Assembly (NCBI RefSeq): GCF_030144855.1 | Contig: NC_082707.1 | Location: 55,800,001-55,864,000 of the forward strand | From: Hypanus sabinus | Taxonomy: Eukaryota | Length of the DNA: 64,000 nt | Direction: 5' to 3' | Notes under the pieces: model-generated | The model's database searches: none | Told to the model about the DNA's origin: nothing | What the model saw: the letters and a program-made list of their open reading frames with translations, nothing else | Made by a program: the position numbers and the translations under genes | Shown here: one piece after another, positions 41,481 to 52,100 of the stretch | Numbering within the stretch: the stretch's first letter is position 1 | Layout of the letters: every line of letters starts with the position of its first letter

Positions 41481-42219
41481 CTGCGAGAGAAAGAATTCCA
41501 GTTGGTTGAGATTCCATGCGTATATATTTGTTGCAGAATTCTGCTGATTCCAGTGCCAAAAAGAGTACATTACCCAGAAAGTACCCTGCTGTCTGTCCAA
41601 CAGAGTTGCAAGTAGAAGCAAGTCCTACATTTTCTTTTGACAACATAGTTAATGCCCAGCCATCCACTGCTATGTCTTGTGTAGCAGCCAGGAATCCAAA
41701 CATGAAAAAAGCAGCTGTAAGCTTAACAACATTGGGGCTAATATGCTCATCACTTTTCAGTAACTCATCCACTTTAAAGGACAGAAAAAGCATAAAAAAC
41801 CCCAGAAAATATTGAGTTGGCACCAGCCAAGACTTTCTTCGCCCAAAGTTTGGAAGATACATAGCATCCACTAAAGGTGCCCATAGCAGTTTCAGACTGA
41901 ATGGCCAAAATACAAAGCTGTAAATAGCTTGGTCTGAATAACTAACATTTTTGCTCTGCAGTATTAGTGGGATGCTCCCAGCCACACCAAGTGGAATTCC
42001 CTGCAAGATATAGAGGAATAAGAGCAGTAAAATGCTATTGAGATCTTTTTTAAGACCATCAGAGCTAGATAATCCATTGTCGTAATCTTTCAAAAGGCCC
42101 CTTTCATCTATTTCCAAATTAGTTTCGTAGCTATGCACTTCATTTTGCATGTGCAAACCTTCAAGTGGATTTTGAACACGTTGTCTACTGCGTTCTTTGG
42201 GTTTATCTGATGAAGACAT
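41481..42219 (-). CDS. SLC33A1: Acetyl-CoA transporter 1, coding exon 1 (exon begins 42272, ATG 42219)
   Basis: LLLFLYILQGIPLGVAGSIP...FWPFSLKLLWAPLVD...GRRKSWLVPTQY...AATQDIAVDGWALTML. Acceptor TTTTTAG|G at 42272, donor G|GTAAAA; 739 nt, phase 1. Confidence 0.97.
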
Positions 42220-42829
42220 GTCAGATCTAATATCAGAGCTCAGTTCTTCAATCAACCCACCACGTTTGGAGCCTAAAAACAGTAGGATGAAAATGGGTGA
42301 AATTGGATTCATAATCTTTAAACAATAATTGTCAGTAATGAAATCAAATTTTTATTTATTTTCTAAGATCAGAACCATTTTACATTTAATATGCAAAAAC
42401 ATCTCCAATTTGCTTTTTGAAAGAGCTACCAAAATTACTCTTTTGCATTCTGCATATGCAGCTGTCTCAGGAAAATACCTCAGTGCTCTGTACTACAAAT
42501 TAATTTTTCTACAATCCAATTAATGGCTTCATTCAAATAAAAGCAAAATTTTAGGCTTTATTCTAAAAATTTCTAAATTGAATTGCGTGGAAAGCAAAGA
42601 ATTATCAAACAAAAACATTTTAAACCAATTTCCATATGAATAATTTTGAGCCATGTTAACAAGAAAAAAGATATTAAAAGATATTTATAGTCACTCAGAC
42701 CTTTCAAGGAAAGAGGTGAGGAAAGTAAATATGCAAATATATGCAACTATGCAAGATTTGCCAGCTCTTTTCTCAAGTTTCTGAGTAACAAATAATCACA
42801 ACTCCAATAAACAAAATTTTAAATCATAA

Positions 42830-44135
42830 TAACACACACAAAATGCTGATGGAACACAGCAGGCCAGGCAGCATCTGTAAGGCGAAGCACTGTCGCCATT
42901 TTGGGCCGAGACCCTTCGTCAGGACTAACTGAAAGGTAAGATAGTAAGAGATTTGAAAGTAGTGGGGGGAGGGGGAAATGCAAAATGATAGGAGAAGACC
43001 GGAGGTGGTGGGATGAAGCCAAGAGCTGGAAAGGTGATTGGTGAAAGTGATACAGAACTGGAGAAGGGGAAGGATCATGGGACGGGAGGCCTCGAGAGAA
43101 AGAAAGTGGGGTGGAAGCACCAGAGGGAGAACAGGCAAACAACTAAATATGTCAGGGATGGGGTAAGAAGGGGAGGAGGGGCATTAATGGAAGTTAGAGA
43201 AGTCAATGTTCATGCCATCAGGTTGGAGGTTACCCAGCCGGTATATAAGGTGTTGTTCCTCCAACCTGAGTTTGGATTCATTTTGACAGTAGAGGAGGCC
43301 ATGGATAGACATATCAGAGTGGGAATGGGACGTGGAATTAAAATGTGTGGCCATTGGGAGATCCTGCTTTCTCTGGCGGACCGAGCATAGGGGTTCAGCA
43401 AAACGGTCTCCCATTCTGCATCGGGTCTCACCAGTATATAAAAGGCCACACCAGGAGCACCGGATGCAGTATACCACACCAGCCAACTCACAGGTGAAGT
43501 GTCACCTCACCTGGAAGGACTGTCTGGGGCTCTGAATGGTGGTGAGGGAGGAAGTGTAAGGGCAGGTGTAGCACTTGTTCCGCTTACAAGGATAAGTGCC
43601 AGGAGGGAGATCGGTGGGTAGGGATGAGGGGGGACGAGTGGACAAGGGAGTCGAAAAGCAGAAAGCAGAAAGGTGGGGGGGAAGGGAAAGATGTGCTTGG
43701 TAGTGGGATCCCGTTGGAGGTGGTGGAAGTTACAGAGAATTATACGTTGGACCTGGAGGCTGGTGGGGTGGTAGGTGAGGACAAGGGGAACCCTATCTTG
43801 AGTGGGGTGGCGGGCGGATGGGGTGAGGACAGATGTGCAGGAAATAGGAGAGATGCGTTTGAGAGCAGAGTTGATGGTGGAAGAAGGGCAGCCCCCTTGT
43901 TTAAAAAAGGAAGACATCTCCTTCGTCCTGGAATGAAAAGCCTCATCCTGGGAGCAGATGCGGCGGAAACGGAGGAATTGTGAGAAGGGGATAGCATTTT
44001 TGCAAGAGACAGGGTGGGAAGAGGAATAGTCACAGGTAGATCGGGAGACCGTTTCGCTGAACACCTACGCTCGGTCCGCCAGAGAAAGCAGGATCTCCCA
44101 GTGGCCACACATTTTAATCCCACGTCCCATTCCCG
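42830..44135 (-). mobile_element. Penelope-like element with inverted 5' segment (44035-44135)
   Basis: GIY-YIG VVYCIRCSWCGLLYTGET...HFNS...LEEQHLIYRLG; KNAIPFSQFLR. Confidence 0.92.
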
Positions 44136-45419
44136 TCCAGTGTTTGTTAAATCATAACACTTACTCAAGCCATCATGAGCCGAATATTTCTATCTCCTAT
44201 CCTTCCCAAGATATCACTGATTCTGCACATAGCCCTGCAGATCATGGAGCCATATGCAAGAACCTTGCACCTGCCTATTCTTCAAGCATGCTTCAATGTT
44301 GAGCTTTATATTATTCCAAGTCTGAAATGTCTGCCCATTCAACAGAGAATAACCTGATATAGAATCATTACTGGCTGGCTGCCTTGCAATAGGTTTGTAC
44401 CATTTTGCTGGAAAAGAAAATACTTCTCCAGCTGCAGGATCAGCATCTGGGGAGTTGAAGACAATGAAAGAAAAATCTAATGGCAGAGTATGCCAGACAA
44501 GGTCTACAGCTGCAGAAACATGTCTGAAATCATACTGGAGAGTCAGCTAGCTGCAGTCACCTGCAAAAATTAGCACATCCTGACAGTGGAATCAATAATG
44601 GGTAAGAGCAAATCAGTTGCTTCCTCCAAGGACATGGCAAAAATGGACCATCTAAAAATGCCCTAGGTTATTTCTTGCATTTTGCCTCATTTGAAGTATA
44701 TTAAGGACAATAGAGAAGTGAGGACCATTATAGATCAGAGGGACGATCTGCATGAGAAGGCAGAGGACATAGGTAAGATTTTAAATGGAGTCTTCTGATG
44801 TGTATTCACGGAGACAAACATAGCTGAAGAATTCATGGAGACAACTTTCCAAAACAGGTTATCACAAAAGGTGGGGGTTTTCTACTCGTACTTCTTATAT
44901 TATGTCCAACATGTTTTCCCATGGTATTTTTATGCAATTAAAAACTCAAGATATTAGCATCATATGCACTACCAGAATTGTAATTTAAGCTATTCAGTGA
45001 TTAAATTACTCTTTTGAAAGTCATACAATACCGTAATTACAAAAGTCTTTACATCACTTTAACAGATGCCGAACAACTACTGCCATAGTTTCAGTAAGGT
45101 ATATGTAATCAGAGCTAAAACTGTAATTTAGTTTTAAGTTTCAATCATTATGTGATTAGGAAATACAGCAACCAGAATGTTAAGATTAAATCACAGAAGC
45201 GGTAATTCCCAATTCAACCTAATGCAGAAGAAACACTTTAAAGTGAGTACTTTACAGTGAACCAGCAACTAACAAAATAACCGTGACTAAGTAAACTATC
45301 ATAAATCAAGACTTTGCCGACTTGTTTATAACAACCTTTAAACAGAAAAATGTTAAATCGTTCTGTTTAACGTTCCTGATTCTGTCTCGACAGTTCCATT
45401 CATCAAACATGAGAAACAC

Positions 45420-45900
45420 GGAAGAAACCCCCACGTGATGCGGCCAGCGGGCCTCATTCAAGCAGTCCTGGTCATTCCCACCACACTGAAGGACGCGTGG
45501 ACTTAACTAACAGCCAGCTCTCGGTACAGGCCCAGCCGCCGGTCTCCTGGTCCGATAGCGCTCGTTCACCAAACGCGAGACCGACAAGCTTTAACCGACC
45601 GAAGGCGCAGCGGCTGCCCGCCCACCCGCCGAGCGCCAGGACCCCCATCGAGGGCCGCCGAGCCGGCCTTACCTGACGCGATCGTCAGTTCCTTCCGAGC
45701 GGCTTGGCTGGACCCGGCGTCTCTGCCCCCTGGAAGCGAGGTCACGAGTGACGTGGCAGAGTCGGATGGGTTGGATGCCGCGCGCATCCACAGAGGCGGC
45801 ACACGCGAGCTTTCCCGCGCCGCTCCGCAGCATGGGCTTGTCCATGTGGGATGGCGCTGCACCCTCCCGCCAGTGTCCTTAATATTTCCACCGTACGTGC
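45420..45900. promoter_or_regulatory. CpG island / promoter of SLC33A1 with UPRE TGACGTGG (45749-45756) and E-box CACGTG (45432-45437)
   Basis: GC- and CpG-rich island 3.4 kb upstream of the first coding exon; motifs read directly. Confidence 0.8.
45673..45745 (-). other. SLC33A1: Probable non-coding first exon of SLC33A1 (5' start approximate)
   Basis: Strong donor CAG|GTAAGG at 45673/45672 in a CpG island, no ATG in the exon; pairs with the acceptor at 42272. Confidence 0.7.
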
Positions 45901-46140
45901 CATGTTGTCAACGTTACCTTTGTGTGAAGGACTTACTGAGTTTGTTTTTCTCTCAAACAGAACAACTGCCATTGTGATGTAAATTAACGCTCCAGAGTCA
46001 CTCTACCCTCCCATCTGGAAGGAATCGAATGCTCATGGTGAGTCAGCGGTTTTAGAAATGTTTACTGTACCTTATACCTCCAGGGCTGCAATCTCTGGAT
46101 TGTTACCTGTGCCAAGTGCCAGTGAAGGTAAGAACAGGAA

Positions 46141-46350
46141 AGGGGTACTTAACCTTTTTTATGCCGCGCACACCTTTGGCAGTTCAGTGAAGCCTATGGA
46201 CCCCTTCTCAGAATAAATACATAAAACGAAATTCATGGGATTACAAAAGTGACAAAGCCACAGGTATTGCTAATACTACTGTGGTTTGTTATCCACATTC
46301 ATAATTGAAGGAACTGCTGAATTTCGTGAACCCCAGGTTAAGAACTCCTG
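46141..46350. mobile_element. hAT-Charlie MITE (Charlie4-like)
   Basis: TIRs AGGGGTACTTAACCT / AGGTTAAGAACTCCTG. Confidence 0.75.
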
Positions 46351-46351
46351 G

Positions 46352-48085
46352 AGTAAGATAATTTGACAAATGTGACTTAGGAATTGGTGCAGGGGGCAGG
46401 ATTCAGATTTCTGGATCATTGGGATCTCTTCAGGTGGAAGGTATGACCTGTATGAAAAGGACCTGAACCCAAAAGGGAACCAACATCCTGCAGGCAGGTT
46501 TGCTGGAGGGGTTGGGGAGGGTTTAAACTAATTTTCCAAAGGGAGGGTGAGAACCAGAATGATAGGACCGAGGATAGGACAGTTGATATACAGAAAAGGC
46601 AGATGATAGGGCAAAATTGCATTCAGTGGGATGAGTTGAAATGTAACATGAGGGCAAAATCAAAAAGGATGATGAATACAGGTGTTATATTTGAATGCAC
46701 ACTGTATATGGAACAAGGTAGATGATCTTGTAGCCCAGTTAAAGATTGGCAATTATGACATTGTGGGCATCGCTGAGTCATGGCTGAAAGATCATAGTTG
46801 GGAGCTTAACATCCAAGGATACACAGTATATCAAAAGGACAGGTATGTAAGCAGAAGGGATGGGGTGGCTCTGTTGGTTAAAAAAAAATTAAATCCTTAG
46901 AAAGAGGTGATATAGGATTTGAAGATGTAGAATCCTTATGGGTATACATAGTTAAGAAGTTTCAAGAGTGAAAAAAGACCCTGATGGAATTATATACAGG
47001 CCTCCAAATAGTAGCCAAGATGTGGGATACAAATTACAGTGAAAGAAAGAAAAAAAATGTAAGAAGTGCAATGTTACTATAGTGATGGGGTATTTCAATA
47101 TGTAGGTAGATTAGGAAAATCGGCTTTGTGCTACATCCCGAGGTGGATTTTGCAGAATGCCTGTGAGATGGCTTTTTAGAGCAGCTTGTGGTTGAACTCA
47201 TTGGGGGAAAGGCAATTCTGGATGTGGTGTTGTGTAATGAACAAGATTTGATTAGGGAGCTTAAGGTAAAGGAACCCTTATGAGACAGTGATCTTGACAT
47301 GAGAGCATTCACTCTGCATTTTGAGAGGGTGAGATAAAGTTTGATGTATCAGTATCACAGTGGAGGAAAAGGAATTATTGGAGTGTATGGGATGGCCAGG
47401 GAGGGGTAGCTCCTCTGGTGAAGAGACTTGTTGTTTCCATTCCAGAGTAACTCACTCACCTTTGGTCCCCAGTGGACACTCAGTTCTCACCTGGAGCTCC
47501 AAATAACTCTTTACATGTGAAAGTTGCCACACCCCAGTACATTGCTTTGACAGGCGGGCTAAACCAGGCACGGCCTCACACCCCGTGTCCTACCATGGAA
47601 AGTCAGCTCTGGCAGACTGGTTGGATGAGAGCTCTAGTGAGATCTAATGGCCACAAGGGCAGTACTGTAATACTCCAATGAGAGCGAAGGGCATGACAAG
47701 GCACAGAAGATGTCATGGTCATTCAATGCAACCAATGCAAACTCCAGTTTGTGACACTAGTTCGTACCACTGAACATGGACTTCTGAAGTTGAAAGAATG
47801 GAACTGCCCCAGTGCAACTTTAAAAGCTCTCCATTATAATTTTCCTACTATGGGCGTGTCCAAGGTTGACAAATCTGTTGGAATTCTTTGAAGAAATAAC
47901 TGACAGGATAGACAATGGAGAGTCATTAGTTGTTGTGTACTTGGGTTTTCAGAAGGCTTTTGACAAGATGCCACGCATGAGGCTGCTTAACAAGATAAGA
48001 GCCCATGGTATTACAGGAAAGTTACTGGTATGGATAGGAGATTGGTTGACATGCAAGAGGCAAAGAGCAGGAATAAATGGTTGAC
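46352..48085 (+). mobile_element. CR1 LINE (ORF1 end, APE endonuclease, RT fragment)
   Basis: LYLNA...DIVGIAESWL...GVALLVK; TNLLEFFEE...FQKAFDK. Confidence 0.85.
47380..47830 (+). mobile_element. RTE 5'UTR-derived fragment or non-autonomous element with a decayed HDV-like ribozyme, nested in CR1
   Basis: Colinear with the RTE 5'UTR: GGAGTGTA...GACACTCAGTTCTCACCTG...GCCACACCCC...GGGCTAAACCAGG. Confidence 0.75.
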
Positions 48086-48217
48086 TGCTATTCAAGCCTA
48101 ATTGCAGGACAATTTACAATGACATCAGCGTCAGGTTTATTATTGGCATGTGTCATGAAATGTAGTTTTGTAATACGTAATTTTAAAAACTATAAATTAC
48201 AAAGAGAAATCTATATA

Positions 48218-48972
48218 CAGTGGATTCCAGTTCATTGGGACAAATACATTTTGGATCAATTAAGCGGCTGCCCCAATTAGCAGAAGATTCAATGGAAATA
48301 GTTAAAAAGATATAAAAAGATAGAGAGTAACTATTTAAAGTATTTAAATGAAATACAGAACAAATTGGAACACTACCGATTGCTCTATGGTGTTATCAAA
48401 TTGTGTATTAGTTCCTAATAGTTATCGACAGAGGAATTCATCCATTGTATGCAATGAACAAAATCAGTGCAGACACCTCCTGCAGACAATGGACTGCTTT
48501 TGATATCAAAGATTGCATCCTCCAAATATTCATCTTCATTGTAACATTCAAGATTGTCGATATCTTCAAATTTTTCACAGATCCTAACTTGTTGAAGGAG
48601 TGAAATCATTGTATTTTCACTCCCTGCCTTTTCTTGGTATCTCTGAGCTTGAGTGCTTGAAATCGCAGAGAATAAAGCAGCTCGGAATTGTCTTACTGCT
48701 TATTTCTCACCAACTATCAGTGACAAAAATCACTGTTTTGAAAAAAAAAATACATGCAACAGAAACTATTTTAAAACTGTTTGTTTTAAGCATGTGTGCA
48801 AGTCAGAAACTGTTTGGTCACAGTCTACTGCCACAATTAAGTAGCATGGTGTCCCAATCAAACAAAGGGAATCCCAGCAATTTTCTTTATTAATTTTTGT
48901 TCTTTCAGAGTTGTCTCAAATAAGTGGCTGCCCCAGTAGCTTATCATCCAATTAACTAACTAGAATCCACTG
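48218..48972. mobile_element. Tigger/Tc1-mariner non-autonomous element
   Basis: TIRs CAGTGGATTC / GAATCCACTG flanked by TA. Confidence 0.85.
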
Positions 48973-49123
48973 TATATAAATAAATAAAATTAGAATAGCC
49001 AAAAAAAAAAGAAAAAGTAGAGAGATAGCACATATGAGTGCTGAATGAGTCCATTCAGAAATCTGATGGTGTTGGGGAAGTAGTTGTTCCTAAAGTAGTA
49101 AGTGTGTTTCTTCAGGCTCCTGT

Positions 49124-52100
49124 TGTTGTGGGTCCGGAGGTGACTGGTGAGGCCAATCCGGGCCCTGAAAGCTCGCCCACATGTGGGACACGAGGGTAGG
49201 TGCTGCAGTGGAAGTGGAGGTAGTTTGAGCCTTGCGTGAGGCGCGTTTCCTCTGAGCCTCAGTGGTGCGTCTGATTTCTGCTGCATACGCTCCTTTAGTG
49301 GTCCTGCTCCACCAGGTTGGGCGGTCCAGAGCAAGCGATTCCCAGTTACTGAGATTGATGTTGAGGTCTTTAAGGGTCACTTTGAGGCAGTCTTTGAAAC
49401 GTTTCTTCTGCCCCCAACTGAGCACTTGCCCTGGCTCAGCTCTCCATTCAGCAGCTGTTTTGGTAGTCGACTGTCAGACATCCTGATGACATGGCCAGCC
49501 CATCTGGCTTGGGCTTTCTGTAGGAGGGTGTAGATGTAGGGTGCTAGCCTGCTCCAGGACCTCCTGCCATCGTACGTGGAGAAGTCTGCGGAGGCAGCTC
49601 AAGTGGAAGTGGTTGAGCTGTTTAGCGTGTCTGCTGTAGACAGTCCAGGTCTCGCTGGCATAGAGGAGGGTGGTGAGAACCACTGCTCGGTAGACCTTCA
49701 GCTTGGTGGTAAGGCTGAGTCCTCTCTGCTCCCTTACATTCTCACGGAGTCTCCCAAAGGCGGCACTGGCTTTGGCAATTCTGTTGCTGCTCTCTGCATC
49801 TATGTTCACCGCCCATGATAGAGTACTGCCCAGATAAGTAAAGCTGTCGACTTCCAGTAGCTTCTGTGCCTTTACTGTGATGTGTGGTTCCTGGTAGGGC
49901 TTTCTGGGTGCGGGCTGGTACATAACTTCGGTCTTTTTGGTGCTGAATGTAAGTCCGAAGTTGTCACAGGCTCGTGAGAGGCAGTCCATTTCTCGCTGCA
50001 TCTTCTGCTCTGTGCTGACGTTGAGGGCGTAATCATCAGCAAATAAGAGGTCTCTGACGACGGTCTCCTTTACCTTTGTAACAGCCTGTAGACGCCGGAG
50101 GTTGAATAGCCCACCGCCAGTCCTGTATCTGAGGTGTATAACATCCTGACAGTCGTGGAAGGCATCATTCAGCATAGCAGAGAAGACCATGCTAAAGAGT
50201 GTAGGGCGAGAACGCATCCTTGATTCACACCGTTCATCACTGGGAAGGCTTCTGACTCATCACCATCATGCCATCGTGGAACTGCCGAACAATCGTGGAA
50301 ATGTCGACAGTTCCACGCCCTGCACGGAAGCCACACTGGCTTTCTGGAAGGAGACCTTGCTCAAGGTGTTGGAGAAGGCGATTAAGCAGGATGCGAGCCA
50401 AGATCTTCCCAGCTATGGACAGCAGGGAGGTGCCTCGGTGATTGTCACAAGACTGGAGGTTGCCTTTCCTCTTGTAGATGTGGACCATACTGGCATCCTT
50501 CAACTGTTGTGGGACCTTTCCTTCTTTCCACATAGACTGGAAGAGCTCAGTCAGCTTCTGCATCATAAATGGGCCTCCTGCTTTGTAGACTTCAACAGGG
50601 ATTGCATCTGATCCTGGTGCTTTGCTACAAAGTTGTCTGATGGCTTTTCTGACTTCTTCTGTGGGGAGGTTGTCAAGGTCCAGGTTGATCTCCACCTGAG
50701 GTAGCCGAGCAATGGCCTCATTATTGATTTTGGCAGAGCAGTTGAGGACCTTGTTGAAGTGTTCAGCCCACCTCTCCAAAATCTGCTTTTTCTTTGTCAG
50801 CAGCCGAGTCCCATCTGCACTGAGGAGGGGGGGAGGAGCCAGAGGACTGAGGTCCACACATAGCCTTCAAAGCGTCGTAGAAACGCTTGGTGTCATGACT
50901 GTCTGCATACCCCTGGATCTCATCGGCCTTATTGCTGAACCAGACATCCTGCATCTCATGGAGTTTCTTCTGTACTTTCCGTCTTGCACTGGCGAAGGCA
51001 TCTATCTTTGCTTGTGATGTGGGATCGTTCTGGTGCGCTCTGAACAGTTGGTGTTTCTCTGACAACAGTGCCTGTATCTCCTCGTCGTTCTCATCAAACC
51101 AGTCTTGATGTCTACGGATTACTGGTCGGAGGTGTTCGAGAGTGGTAGAGTAGACTGCATCTCTGAAAGTCGTCCACTGCTCTTCAGTGCTGGTGTGGTC
51201 ATCCTTGGGTGTGTCAAGCAGCCTGCTATCTAGGTCTTCACAAAATTCTTCTGCAACTACACTGCTTTTCAGCTTGGAGACATTGAGCCTCTTTGCAGTC
51301 TTCTGACCTTGGGGTCTTCTCACAAGCAGGATGCGAAGTTTAAACTTGGACACTATGAGTCGATGATCCGTCCAGCAGTCGGCACCACACATGGCCTTTG
51401 TCACTCTCACGTCTTGCCAGGCCCTCTTTCTGGTGACGACATAGTCAATCAGATGCCAGTGCCTAGAGCGTGGATGCATCCAAGATGTCTTGTTACGGGT
51501 AGGGAGGCGGAATAGGGTGTTTGTGATGACAAGGTCATGCGTAGCGCATGTCTTGAGGAGCAGCAGGCCATTGCTGTTACACTTGCCAATACCATAACTT
51601 CCAAGAATCCCTTCCCAGGTCTGGTAATCTGTCCTCACTCTGGCGTTAAAGTCCCCGAGGACAGTAAGCTTCTCTGGCTGGAGGGCATCAAGTTCTTCAT
51701 AGGACTTTGATGTCATCTGGGTTGGTCATTGTTGGGACATATGCACTGATCAGCGTTGTACTCCTCTTTGCCAAGTGGGAGCCGAAGCATCATCAGGCGA
51801 TCGTTGATGCCCTCTGGAAGCTTGGCAAGTTTACGAGCGAGGTGGGATCGGATGGCAAATCCAACACCAGCCTCTCGTTGTTCAGTGCTGCTGCGACCGC
51901 TCCAGAAGAATGTGTACCCACCACCATGTTCTGTAAGCTGGCCCTTGTCTGCTAGGTGTGTTTCGCTGAGTGCTGCAATGTCCACGTTATAGCGGGCTAG
52001 TTCTTTGGCGACCAGTGCTGTTCTTCTTTCTGGTCTGACAGCCTTGGTGATGTCAAGCAGAGTTCGCACGTTCCACATGCTAAGGTTGAGCACCTTCACT

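Noticed and set aside
42220-42312. N-terminal extension MNPISPIFILLFLG... in the ORF track
   Set aside because: It crosses a polypyrimidine tract and AG acceptor at 42273, so the upstream ATG is probably intronic; ATG 42219 is preferred.
44395-44565. Possible extra 5'UTR exon on the - strand (GCTAATTTTTGCAG|G)
   Set aside because: Only a weak donor follows and nothing else supports it.
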